Numbered from the stretch's first letter, positions 26,199 to 38,383 are shown. The stretch: 64,000 bases of DNA from Octopus bimaculoides (GCF_001194135.2 NC_068996.1:34810499-34874498), one strand, 5' to 3'. Numbers and translations are program-made. Notes: generated by a model from the sequence alone, not told the origin.

Positions 26199-26507
26199 TC
26201 TCTCTCTCGCTCTCTCTCAATGTATTTGTCACAACCACTGCTTGATTGGCAAACAAGACTGATAGAATAGGTACCAGCCTTAAAAAGCTGTGTACTGGAG
26301 CTAATTTGTGCTCAACAAAACCCTTCAAGACTTTATTCCAGCATAGTCACACTCCAATGACTGAAATAAAATATAAAAATAATTATATTTTTGTTAGGAA
26401 TAATGTTAATGTAACTTTCAATTGCATACATAATTTTGTTTTAGATATACAAAATTTTAATAGTATAAATCTTAAACTCCTCTTTACATCTTTTTCTTTC
26501 TGTTCAT
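23393..26507 (+). repeat. Direct duplication of about 350 bp (23393-23757 and 26167-26507)
   Basis: Microsatellite, SINE tail and AT-rich non-repeat-looking DNA; one substitution and one 3-bp indel seen outside the microsatellite. Confidence 0.92.
25941..25993 (+). CDS. Candidate Clock start-codon exon (MTCKDTTLIINYSCTLY..), unproven
   Basis: An ATG followed by 53 nt ends at aa|gtattg, the phase 2 donor that the 30377 exon needs. No recognisable homology; weak donor; could be chance. Confidence 0.15.
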
Positions 26508-28405
26508 AATGATGGTTGATATGGGACCCACCTGCATATTATCTGCATCATTCTCTTTACTCTGCTTCTCTTCCTTTTCATGAGGTCTGAGTGTAAGAGA
26601 TTGTACAATTATACCTAATAACTCTACCTTCACCCTTTCTGTACTGCAAGTCTTCACTCTCACCCACCAATCCATCTTCCTGCCATTATACTCTTACTTT
26701 CACTCATTCACCCAAGCTTTTCTCCTGTCTTCAGTATTGAGTACTTGTGGCACTTTGGGGATACAAGGAAACCTCTCTTGTACTGGTGCTACAAAATAAT
26801 ACATCCAGTGCATTCTGTAAAATGGTTGGTGAACAAGCTCCTCTTTTTTTGATTTGTAACATTATACAATAAAGCATTTCCTTGATTGACTGCTATATTT
26901 CAACACATGGTTGCACTTGGAGGACCCAATGCAGAGGATGCAAATGTAGAGAACAAACGGTGTATAAATCTGTGCCTACCGTTATTCCTTTCTCATATGT
27001 GCGTGTATGTGTGTATAAAATAAGTGAATAGTGGAGCTTATGATAGTGATTATTCCATGGTTTGAAAAATTATAACAATTTGTAAAGTTGTAAGCAATTT
27101 TGTTTCAACAACTTAAGGTGACTAACTACACATCATGTCTATAGACATAGATTATGATGATTTAGCCATGCATATTATGTAATATATGTAATATTACTTA
27201 GTAGCACCAGAAGTTATTATTTTCAGAACTGATTGAATACAGTAATGTGTGCGTGGGGGGGGGGATGTAATTACGTTTATGTCTGCTTTCCATGCTGGCA
27301 TGGGTTGGACAGGTCATCACAGTCCAAGTTTTCATTTACTGAAAGCTGTTACTTATGTACATTGATGTTTGCATGTATTGTTTGACTTGGTTTCTATGGT
27401 TGGTTGCTCTGCGACGCCAAAACTAATGCAATCTCAGAAACCTATGTATTCTCTTCTCCGTTGGCCAGCTACTTCATTGGGTACAAAATAACAGGCTTTT
27501 GTTAGTTTGTATCCACCAATTCCATTCACAAAGCATTGGTCAGATCAAGACTATATTAGAAGATACTGGCCTAAGTTACCACACTATGCAGGGGTGGGGT
27601 GGGGGTGGGACTGAAACAACATGGTTGGGAAACAAACTTCTTAACTGCACAACCATGTTTGCATCATATTTATCTATCTATCTGTCTATCTATTTATCTA
27701 TCTATCTATCTACCTATCTATCTATCTATCTATTTACCTGTCTGTTTATCTGTCCATCTATCCATACATCCACCCACACACATGTTTATATGTATGTATA
27801 TGTATATATTTGTGTGTGTGTGTGTATCAAACACTTTCATACACATGATAGAACTTCTACCAACCAAATCCACTCATAAGGCTTTGGTCAGCCTGAGGCT
27901 GTAGCAGAAGACACTTGCCCAAGATGCTATCCAGTGGGACCAGAGAGAGAGAGAGAGTAGTATAGCTTTCATAAAACATTGTCTGATATAAATGAATGTT
28001 TTAAATATTGTTTTTAATGCCAAAACAATGCAAGTTATAAAAATCAATAATACAGGTTGATAGTTTGTGCTGTTGATAGTTTGTATTGATAGTGGTGCTT
28101 CAATATTTCAGGGTTAGCACCCTTTCTTCAAGAAATCTTTAGAGAAAAGGTAGTGTTAGTTGACTTCTGGTTTCTTGAAGAAAGGATCTTAATCGTGAAA
28201 TATTGAAATACCAGAAAAAAGTACAATACATCAACTGATAAATTATATATAACTTTTCAGATTGAGAATCAAATAATATTTGATTTGCTGTCTAGTCTGA
28301 AGATTTTCTAATAGGAAATATCTTACATGTACAATTTTGTGGTTCCTATTAGCAAATGAGATGTGTAATGGTGAATAAATAATAAAAAAAATTTCCAAAT
28401 TACTC

Positions 28406-28453
<48 letters not shown>

Positions 28454-28538
28454 AAAAAAACTAACAAAAAAACAACAAAGTGAGGACGTGATATGGATAG
28501 TATTATTGGACGCTCAGGAAAGGAAAGAGAGAGTGTAT

Positions 28539-28565
28539 GACGTTTCGGGCGTAGCCCTTCGTCGG
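28539..28565 (-). ncRNA. Hammerhead-like core (CCGACGA variant), stem I not evident
   Basis: The minus strand reads CCGACGA-A-GGGC(TAC)GCCC-GAAACGTC, inside a ~180-bp element flanked by (TA)n. Confidence 0.45.
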
Positions 28566-28631
28566 AAAGATGGAAAGTTCGGAGAATGGAAGAACGGAGA
28601 AAGAGGAAAATGGTACCGATGCCCACGAGGT

Positions 28632-28662
<31 letters not shown>

Positions 28663-28766
28663 GAGAACTTTTTTTCCATTTTCTAAGTGTAAATACCCAA
28701 TCTTTCTCGGCTGTTTTCACAGTTATACTGCATTTGAAATGTACTTTCTTATCTGTAAAATATATA

Positions 28767-29711
28767 TGAAGAGAAGTAAAAGAACTATCCACACTTTTGC
28801 CATAACTTATCTTTATTATTGTCACACTGCCTTCTGCCCATCATGCTTATAATTGGTGCTATTGTGGTCATGTGATCGAAGTTTGAGCCTGATCACACCA
28901 TTTTTCTTTCTGGCTTTACAGTGTAAACATGGCCACTCCACTAGCAATGTGCATCAAAGAAACACAAAGAGCAGAGATCCGATTTTTCTGGTCAGAAGGT
29001 GTGTCCTGTGACTATTCTGCTAAAAAATTCCTCACCCTCATTGTTGTAGTGATCGAATAAACATTGGCAGACCTCAAGATGTTTGTGCTTGTACTCTGCA
29101 GTAAGCTCTCTTGACACCCATCTTGCACAGACTTTATGGAAGCTGAGCTCATTGTGGATGATTTGATAGGCAGAACCATGACTAATCTGCAGAGAATGAG
29201 CTGCCTCAATGATGAATTTCAGCACCTGACACACCTTCCAACTAAAGAAACCGGATCACTGCTCTTTGTTCTTCTTTGGTGCATATTTATTTCTTTATTA
29301 CCCACAGGGGTCTAAATATAGAGGGGACAAACAAGGACAGACAAAGCGATTAAGTCGATTACATCGACCCCAGTGTGTAATTGGTACTTAATTTATCGAC
29401 CCTGAAAGAATGAAAGGCAAAGTCGACCTTGGCGGAATTTGAACTCAGAATGTAAAGACAGATGAAATACTGCTAAGCATTTCACCCGGCATGCTAATGT
29501 TTCTGCCAGCTTGCCGCCTTCTTTGGTGCATATTGCTAGTGGAGTCGCCATACTTACACTGCAAAGCCAGAAAGAAAAATGGCGTGATGAGGCTCAAACT
29601 TTGATTATGTGACCGCAATAATACCAACTATAATCATGCATGCACAGAAAGCAGTGTAACAATAATAAAGATATGTTATGGTGAACGTGCGGATAATTTT
29701 TGACTTCCCCT

Positions 29712-29713
<2 letters not shown>
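28767..29713. mobile_element. Mariner-derived element with two inverted 5' arms and a transposase fragment
   Basis: Arms 28767-29005 and 29228-29713 each carry the TIR and an M(A)TPLA.C.KE.QRA.IRF start. The middle encodes SHGSAYQIIHNELSFHKVCARWVSREL..FFSRIVTG on the minus strand. Confidence 0.85.
29288..29517 (-). mobile_element. Full-length SINE with 17-bp target-site duplication
   Basis: CTTCTTTGGTGCATATT occurs at 29271-29287 and 29518-29534. The core GCCTTTCAT.CTTTC.GGGTCGATAAA.TAAGTACC recurs at about 32090, 36140, 48060, 54900 and 61440-61830. Confidence 0.88.
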
Positions 29714-29755
<42 letters not shown>

Positions 29756-30376
29756 GATATATATATATAAACATATGTTTGTTAATTCAATGTTGATGGT
29801 TTGTGCTGTCACTACTGAAGATTTTTTTGCAAATATGCATTTGTTCATGTGACTAAAATTATTTTTCAATAAATGAATTTTATTAGATGTATTGAATTCA
29901 TTTCTGTTTTCTCTTGCTTGTATGCCCAAATATGTATGTGCTCTTTGTGAGTGTATGTACACATTCATGCATATGTATTGGTAGTAGATGAAGAAAATAA
30001 ATTGCAGTTGAAATTTAAAAAAAAAAAAATTGTATTTCATAATTCGTTTTTAAAGGCTGAACTCAAATTCAATAAAGTTATAAATAATAGCATGTTAATA
30101 CTGGGTTAAAAAAAACTCTTTGCATAGTATTCACAAACTATTATTTATAGCTCTATCTACTTGAAGTTCAGCCATCATAAACAAATTATTTCATGATCTC
30201 TTGACATGTCTAAATACTTATGAGGTAAAAAATATATTTTATATTAAAAAATCAAAACAGAACTTTTTCTTCAAATATTAAAAATGACTTTTATTATCTT
30301 TTTTTCTAATTTAATTCTTTATATTTTCATAGTGGTTCACTGAATTTAGTTAACTTGTAACTTATTTATTTTTCAG

Positions 30377-30427
30377 TGAAAGTGCGTTTGGGAATGACTT
30401 AGATGAGGAAAAGGATAAGTTTAAAAG
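30377..30427 (+). CDS. Clock: Clock coding exon, acidic segment before the bHLH basic region (ESAFGNDLDEEKDKFKR)
   Basis: tttcag acceptor and gtatgt donor; 51 nt, phase 2 to 2; joins in frame to the bHLH exon (AG|A = Arg). Resembles the DEDDKDKAKR-like segment of CLOCK proteins. Confidence 0.85.
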
Positions 30428-31189
30428 GTATGTTCATATTTTTCAATGAAACTGGAAGATGTGTTCATGAATCCTTATGTTATATCCTGACTATGAGCAA
30501 TTCTAAAATACAGTTTATTGTTGTCAAGCCTCAGTCAACCCTGATCAGACTCCTCTGTAAAATACCAAACAATAAAACTACCCCAGTTATATTGACAGCC
30601 TTTATTTTCCTGCTGCCCCGTCATTGACCTGCTGATGATGTTTGAAGGTGGAAACCAACTATATCATTTTCACCATTCAGGCAAATTGACCTGCAAAGGT
30701 CACCACTACTGTCTTCCTTCTCATAATTAACTTATTAAAAAAAAATAACAGCATGTAAATATTGGGTTTTCTATCTAAAGGGTTTTGAAACCAATATTTA
30801 CATGCTACTATTTATAGCTTTGTCTACATTGAGTTCCACAATTAAAAATGGATGATTTCACAAGTTTCTAATTTCTTATTAAAAACAATTTCAAAAGAAA
30901 TTAATTGATTAATTGTGTGATGGGTGACACAGATTCATTGTTGATGGTTTGGTTTCTGTAATTACTGTTGTTGATTTAGCCCTCCATCAGCTTTGTTCAA
31001 CATGTAATTAGTTTATTAAATATATCAGTTATGATCTGCAGGTCCAGCAACCTGGATCTTTATTCTATGCTGGTGTTGTTGGGGCAGTCCATTGTATACT
31101 TGCATATTTACTCTGTGTGTGTGTGTGTGTGTGCATGTGCGTGCATGCATGTGTGCATGCAGGATGGATGTGATTGTGTACTGTGTATT

Positions 31190-31480
31190 TCCTCAGTGAT
31201 GTGATCTTAGATGTAAACATCCAGCCTCCAACCGTAACAGAAGAAAGCAAGGTGGGCTTAATCAGACCACAATAATTGTCTGTTTTCATTGATTATTTCA
31301 GATGATTTATCCCAGCACAGTGATTGTTGTTGTGGTGATAGCAGCAAGGTTATTGCTGTAGTAGGTCTATGTGAATTGTTTGGGAGAGTTAGCAGTGTCC
31401 ACTGGATGGTGCTGGAGTAAAGGAAACCCCCATGTATTCCACTTGACATGCCAGTAACAACAGCAAGATATTCTTTCAAA
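31190..31480 (-). mobile_element. Highly decayed RTE-like RT C-terminal fragment
   Basis: YCGLIKPTLL..GW resembles the RTE Y..LIRPVLLYG.ETW motif, and FLYSSTI resembles F.YLGSTI. Confidence 0.45.
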
Positions 31481-31520
31481 TTGAATTTTGCAGGATCCAC
31501 TTTTCATTGTTGTTGTTGAT

Positions 31521-31980
31521 GTTGTTTAGCCCCAAGTCTGTCTTGATCCAACAGACCTGTGTTCAAAGATGTTCCTGTTGTGACCATTCTCTTTTTTATT
31601 TAAGACTATCTAATGTATAATATAGTAGTTAGTTACAATTGGTTGTTGTTTAGCCCCAGATCAGTTTTGATCCAGACATACCTATGATCAAAGACATTCC
31701 AGCTGTGACAATCCCATTTTATTCAGACAGTGTATCTAGGACCATATTATCTAATATATAGTTTAGTAGTTAGAATTACTTGCATTAGTTGCTGTTGTTC
31801 AGCAGGTCAGTCCTGATTCAACAGACAGACATATGGTCAAAGATGTCCCACCAGTGACCATACCAGCTTTTATTCAGACATTTTGTATATTGGACTACAT
31901 TATATAATATATTGTAGTTAGTATCAGCAGCAATGGTTGTTGTTTAGCCATAAGTCAGTTCTGATCCAGCAGACTTCTCC
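31521..31980 (+). repeat. Tandem array of about 3.3 units (124-149 bp) of a dispersed repeat
   Basis: GTTGTTTAGCC starts at 31521, 31645, 31794 and 31939; a reverse-strand array of the same family lies at about 8080-8430. Confidence 0.75.
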
Positions 31981-32670
31981 AAGTCTGCATAATCACCATC
32001 ATCACTATTATGTTAGAATTGTTACTGTGCTGGACAAAATCCTTAGTGACTTCTTCTGATTTTACATTCTACGTTCAAATGTCACTGAGGTTGACTTTAC
32101 CTATCTTCCTTTCAGGGTCGATAAAATAAGTACCAGTTGAGTTGTGTGTATGGTAGAAAGACTTATTACTATCATTCTTCCCTTATTTTATCATCACTAT
32201 CACTTCTGCCTTTCAATAAATTTACTGGGAGACAACACTTTCTTCCCTGCCTTCATTTTCTTATTTCAAGTGAAACTTGAAAAGTTAATAATGATAATAA
32301 TTCTTTCTACAGTAGGCACAAGGCCTGAAATTTTGGGGATGGGACTAGTTGGTTACATCAACGCTAATGCTTGACTGATATTTATTTTATCAACCCCCAA
32401 AAGGATGGAAGGTAAAGTTGGCCTCTGCTGAATTTGAACTCAGAAAAAAAACAAAAAAAACAGGCAAAATGCTGATAAGCATTTTTTTGACATTTTAATG
32501 ATTCTTTGAGCTTACTGCCTTAATAATAACAACAATAATATATTCCTCTATATATGTGCATTTAAATGTGTGTGCATGTATAATACATATGCATGAGTAT
32601 ATGCATACCTACATCAATATATGTCCATGTGACACATGTATGAATGCATATATACATACATAATGCATAT

Positions 32671-32706
<36 letters not shown>

Positions 32707-33875
32707 TCACTCATAATGAGATAATTGACAACAATTAATTGAAGTACTCAATCCTTGAAACATCAGGAATATCAGAATTGCAGATTAGAGTGAAATCCTA
32801 AATTGAGATTTATTCAAGAATCCCTCTTAATAATTCAAAGCTGATTATGAAAAAAATAAATCCATTCTTATATTATTCTAAAGAAATACAGCATAGCTGC
32901 AGGTGGGAAACATCAGGTCTCCAACTATCCCCATTCCCTTTTTTGCTTGAAACCCTTTTACCATTTATAATTCTGAGCTAGTGCTAATTTTTCTCTAACT
33001 TTTAGACAAATCTAAACCGTTCATTATTTCACATTACAGCATTCGTTTTGTGATAAATTCTTCAGAGAAGAATTGCTAGACTATTCAAGGATATTTTCAG
33101 ATTTATATAGATTGCTTCATTTGCCTACATCACCTCAACTGTTTCTTAGATTTATTATTAATTCTGCTAAAATTTCAATTTGATTCTTACTGTTTCATTA
33201 CAGTTCTGTGCTAAAACTTCACTGCAGAGTAATTATTGCCTGGGTAGATATTTGGCATCACGTCTCTATAGATTTTGCACTGTATGTATGTATATGTACT
33301 TGCAAGCATGCATGTATATATGTGTATGTATGTATACGTGTACATATGTAAGTGTGTATGTATGAGTGTACATATGTATGTAAGTGTGTATGTGTGTGTG
33401 TATGTATGTATGATCAAACAGACTCGAAAGGGACTGGTGTTGAACTGTGTTGGAAAGATTTGTATTATTTAGTAAAATCAGTAAAAAGAAAACTTACAAT
33501 GAGGAGCAGAAAATCCAACACTTCAGACTATCTTTCTTCAAGGAAAGCAAAAGAGTGTGAGAGAGGTAGAAGGGAAAAAAAAGGAATGGAATTAGAAGCA
33601 GGCGAAGGCAAAGAGTGAGGTGAAAGAAAAAGATGGGTGGAAGGATAAGAAAGAGCTTAACGAACTTAGAAAAAGGTGTAGGAGAAGAAAGAAAAACATT
33701 AATCTTAACCAGGGATGGGGGAACTTTTTAGTGCAGCAGACAAAAATTTCCAAAAGAAAAGGTCCATGAGTGGATTACAAGTTTTAACTCTTAATCCAGT
33801 CCTATATTTAAGAGATGAGGAATTATGTACATTATTTACATTTGACGGATATTTGTCCTCATGTTGTTTGTTGTT

Positions 33876-33921
33876 AACACAACGTTTTGGTTGATATACC
33901 CTCCAGCCTTCATCAGGTGTC
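33876..33921 (-). ncRNA. Hammerhead ribozyme motif, G12A core mutation
   Basis: The minus strand reads GACAC-CTGATGA-A-GGCTG(10 nt)CAACC-AAAAC-GTT|GTGTT. Stem I GACAC/GTGTT is present; G12 and one stem II base are mutated. Confidence 0.65.
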
Positions 33922-33979
33922 TTGGGGAAATTTCGAACCTGGGTTCTCATTCCTAAGGTATTTTTCAATGTTATTATTA

Positions 33980-34017
<38 letters not shown>

Positions 34018-34161
34018 TCACTGCCTGGAATCGAACTTGGAATCTTGGGGTTAGTAGCCCACGCTCTTAACCACTATGCTCACTCCATAATTGCCCATGG
34101 CGTAGTGGTTAAGAGCGTGGGCTACTAACCCCAAGATTCCAAGTTCGATTCCAGGCAGTGA

Positions 34162-34205
<44 letters not shown>

Positions 34206-34252
34206 TTGAAAAATACCTTAGGAATGAGAACCCAGGTTTGAAATTTCCCCAA

Positions 34253-34295
34253 GACACCTGATGAAGGCTGGAGGGTATATCAGCCGAAACGTGTT
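34253..34295 (+). ncRNA. Hammerhead ribozyme motif, intact core but 3-nt deletion at the cleavage site
   Basis: GACAC-CTGATGA-A-GGCTG(GAGGGTATAT)CAGCC-GAAAC-GTGTT; it lacks the GTT triplet seen in the sister copy. Confidence 0.7.
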
Positions 34296-34889
34296 AACAA
34301 CACACAAGATGAGGACAAATATCCGTCAAATGTAAATAAATAATGTTCTAACTCTTATATCTGTAAATCTTGTATATATGTATGTATAATTCGATAAACA
34401 TTAATAATGATAAGTTTAACACATTAAATTAACACATAACATCTTCATAAACGCTGCCACTGAATTTAGGATGTTTATATTACTTATGAAGTATTCTATG
34501 TTTTTCAGCTAGACTATTGTTGGGTCTCAAGGGGGTGGTACAAACCTAGTAATATGTGTTTTATAGTGATAACAAGATTAACAAGATTTCCATTCAAATG
34601 ACAATTACCGGATGATTTTCTGTTCGAGTCTAACTGTTTTAAGTCATAGTGGAAACGCGGCCTATGTCGCAAAGAAGCATACGTATATTGTATAAATTTT
34701 ATAATTGAAAAATTTACTATATTTTGTACATATGAGTATACCAGCATGCAGGCGCAATAGAATGGGCTCGCAGGTGCAATTGCACCTGTGGGCAGGGGTT
34801 TCCCCACCCCTGATCTAAACCCATTGGTGATGTGCCGAGTTCAAATATGAAATGTGGTCCTCTCATTTCCTTGAGAATGTGGATTCATA

Positions 34890-35110
34890 GTATGCAGCAA
34901 AGTTATGCACTTAAAAGTGAGTGATTGAATGGCCCATAGTGTTCAAGTGAGTAGCAACAGTTTGGCCTGGCATACATAGTTGTATGCTTCTAATATGCTC
35001 CCAAAAACAATCATCAAGATGTTGGGCCTGTTTTCCCTGATGTAAAAAAGCACTGTAAAGTTTGCAAATGATACAATATATAAAGTTAGGTGATGTGCAA
35101 CAGATGTTCT
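34890..35110 (-). mobile_element. Penelope-like GIY-YIG endonuclease remnant
   Basis: CTSPNFIYCIICK..HLDDCFWEHIRSI..QTVATHLNTMGHS resembles TC.S.NVIY.I.C..YIG..RL.DRF.EH.RSI..PVA.HFN..GHS. Confidence 0.75.
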
Positions 35111-35395
35111 GAGTCATATGATATTATGACAAACCCAGTGATGGTCGTAATGTTATATTTTGTTATCATATTTCTGTTGAGATGCTCTGTGTTTCTTTCA
35201 ATTAATTTTAAATATAACTAAGAATTTAGTAAAATAACTTAGTTATCATTAAGCTAGTGTTAGGAACATAAATTGTGACTAAGGTTTGGCAGACGGATTT
35301 AATTCAGAACTTTTGAAAACAAGACATTTGTACTACAGAACCAGAGGCGGTTTCAGGCAGGTTAATATAGGTACTGATGTTACACTTTAGCACAT

Positions 35396-35577
35396 TTAAG
35401 CCTTTACCATTTAGATTACTCTGCCATATATAATGCTTATTTACTCACATTATGTGATTCTTTATTTTTAAAATGATATTGTAGGATAGGTGTGAGAAGT
35501 TGGATCTGGCCAGTTTGAACATAAAGCAGATAGAATATTTGGACCAGATATGGCTGGTTTAAATGTGAAAGTGCTTA
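35396..35577 (+). mobile_element. piggyBac-like MITE family 1 (TTAA-CCCTTTAGCATT ends)
   Basis: Related copies at 15545-15718 and split halves at 43325-43439 (minus) and 44066-44190 (plus). Confidence 0.6.
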
Positions 35578-38065
35578 GTTGTGTGGGGCTGGGTTTTGTG
35601 GAATTTTCTCACTAGGAGGTTTCCAAGAGACCTTTCTTTTTGTGAGGTGAGGAGTGATGGTGCAGAAAGTTGAGGATGAATTTATCTTTCAGTGGGAGTC
35701 TGAACGGGTGAAAGGTGAGAAAGAGTGGAGCACAGTCTATAGGCATGTGTAAAAAGGGTAGGGAAGCTGTGGCGCAGTTGCTGGCCTGGTCCCAGTGGAT
35801 TATGGCTGATCAAGAGTACCTTCAATTCAGGAAGAATTGTTGTTGTATACATGTACATGTTTATATGTATGTACATATATGTACTTGTTCACACACATGC
35901 AAGCTCATGTCCATCTGTGTGAGTGAATATCTAATTACATTTTCTGTCAATATATATACATACATCCATTCATCTCTTCACTCACAGTCTTGCAACTTAC
36001 CTATCCACACATCATCTGCTATTTTTGTTTATTGTGTTACTGTTATTAAAAAGTGGAGAGTTGGCAGAATTGTTTGTTTGCCAGATGAAATGCTTAGCTG
36101 GATTTCACCCATTGCTATGTTCTGAGTTCAAATTTCGCCGAGGTCGACTTTGCCTTTCATCCTTTTGGGTTCAATAGATTAAGTACCAGTGAAACACTGG
36201 GGTCGATGTAATCAACTAGTCCTGTCCTCCCAAATTTCAGGCCTTGTGCCTTCAGTAGAAATGGTTATTATTATTGTTATTCTGCTGCTCTATACATTCT
36301 TGCACTACCATGCTTTCCCAACCTTCCCCTTAACTCATGGTGTATCATTGAAAACTCCTTGGCTGGACACTACATTCACCCCTCAACCTTCTCCATCTCT
36401 AGTCATCATCTATTCACCCCCACCTACTCTACATCACATATTTATCATTGGCTCACTCCCCACTTTAACTCTTGTTCATCTTCAGCATATTTGTACTAGT
36501 CTCCATCTCTAGTCATCTCACACTCTCTCCATACACTCTTACAACTTCTACAGACAATTTCTCCCATTCTTCTTCCTCCTGGGCCCCATCTTGACACTTT
36601 GTCCCCACCATATTTACTTCTCTTTCCAGTTTCACCTCAGTACCAGTTACGCACTGGGGTCGATGTAACTGACTTAATCCCTTTGTCTGTCTTTGTTTGT
36701 CCCCACTGTGTTTAGCCCCTTGTGGGAAACAAAGAAATAAGAAACCATGCCAAAGTAAATATTGGAGTGTGGCACGGTCCTCTGACCTGTTGGATTCTGT
36801 CAAACTGTTTAACCCATCTCAGCATGGGAAATGGTAATTAAAAGATGGCGATATGATGGTGATGCATATGCATGTACATATATGCTTGTGTTCGTCCATC
36901 TATCCATCCATCCAACTATCCATCCATCCAACTATCCATCGATGTATGTATGCATGTATGTATGTATGTATCTATATCTATCTATCTATCTATCTATCTA
37001 TTTATCTTAGAGTAGCATATTTTAGATGAAGTATTGCATAACATGGTGTAAATGCATTTGTAGTTTTTGAAAAGCCAAAACAATTGACTATGACTTACAT
37101 TGTTTTGGCTTATCAAAAACAAAGCTGCATTGACTATGTGTGTGTGTATTGTTGCATAAAGAAGTGCTGATCTGTAGATGTGATGGGAACCTGTGGAAGA
37201 AGACGAGGGATGAAGAGATGAAAAATGATCTTCAGATGTTTAACCCTCACGGAGGAGGTAACAAAGAACCAAGATAATTGGCAATTTACTGCGCTTGAAA
37301 AGACACATCCTGCTGTGTAGAATGAAGGCCATAAAGGCTTGTCGTTTATGTCCATACCCCTGTGCACAATCTGTTCCTCACAAACCTCTACCCTACAACC
37401 CATCATTCTAAAACTCCCCCATTTCCGTTCACTAGTATTCACCACATTTTGTATTCCCCTTCCCACTCTATCTCTCATTGCACTTTTGCAAACTTATCTG
37501 CTCACATGTCCCTGTAGAATCTCTTCCACATAACATACCCTCCTAATATCCCCTCTGTTTACCTGTGTCCACTCATTACATTCCTCTCTCCTCTCCGTCT
37601 CACACTCCTTTTCACTGTCACTTGCACTTACCCATTCACTCACCTTATCCAATCCTTGGTTCCACCTCATTTATACACATCTTGTAACTTGAATGACCCT
37701 CCACCTCCACCTCGTAACATCTTCACCAACTTCTCTCTCCCTCCCCCCTTCTCTTTCTTTCTCTCAACTGAAAGTGTCTCTTCTACTACAAGACACCTAT
37801 TTCTTTCCCTCTGTGTATACTTTAATCTCTTCTTCTCATCACCTGGCACAAACTCCCTCTCTCAATACTACTCCCCCAGTGCCTCAGTCAAGAGTTCTTG
37901 TCATGCATGTTACTTAGTGACCTTGTTGCTGCTGGTACCATTTGACATTAGGAAGAGCATCCAGTCAAAAAAAAATGCCAAAGCAGACAGGAGAACTTGG
38001 TGTTATCAAGAATCCAACATACCTGTGTTGTTCAAGAATATGTATATATAATATATTTGATATAT

Positions 38066-38103
<38 letters not shown>

Positions 38104-38383
38104 TTAACATCAGCTCTCCATGCTGGCATTGGTTGGATGGCCTGACAAAAGCTAGTAAAGCCATATCAGGTTCCATAGTCTGTTTTTGGCACGGTTTCTA
38201 CAGCTGAGTTCCCTTCCTATCACAAACCACTTTACAGAGTGTACTGGGTGTTTTTTATATGGTACCATCACAAGTGCATTTTACATGGCACCAACACCAG
38301 TTTTTCTATGTGGCAACTTGGCTTTAGGATATCAGTTCTGTTGTGGTGGGTGGTTCTTCTTGAGTACAGCAATGCTCCACGCG

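Larger units (their letters stand above)
33829..34346. repeat. Head-to-head palindrome of a tRNA-headed, (AAT)n-containing, HHR-tailed element
   Basis: Arms 33829-34079 and 34100-34346 with a 20-nt spacer and few mismatches. A box TGGCGTAGTGG at 34098-34108 and B box GTTCGATTCC at 34143-34152. Confidence 0.95.

Noticed and set aside
31258-31500. ORF with AVVTGMSSGIHG resembling a short-chain dehydrogenase TGxxxGIG motif
   Set aside because: GTG start, the final motif Gly is His, no downstream SDR sequence, and adjacent frames match a decayed RTE reverse transcriptase.
34093-34165. Possible tRNA gene
   Set aside because: A and B boxes and an anticodon-like stem are present, but the acceptor stem does not pair and it runs into (AAT)n; it is a SINE-type head.
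34600-34670. CCGGATGA ... GGAAACGCGG as another hammerhead
   Set aside because: No stem II or stem I pairing and no NUH triplet at the right spacing.
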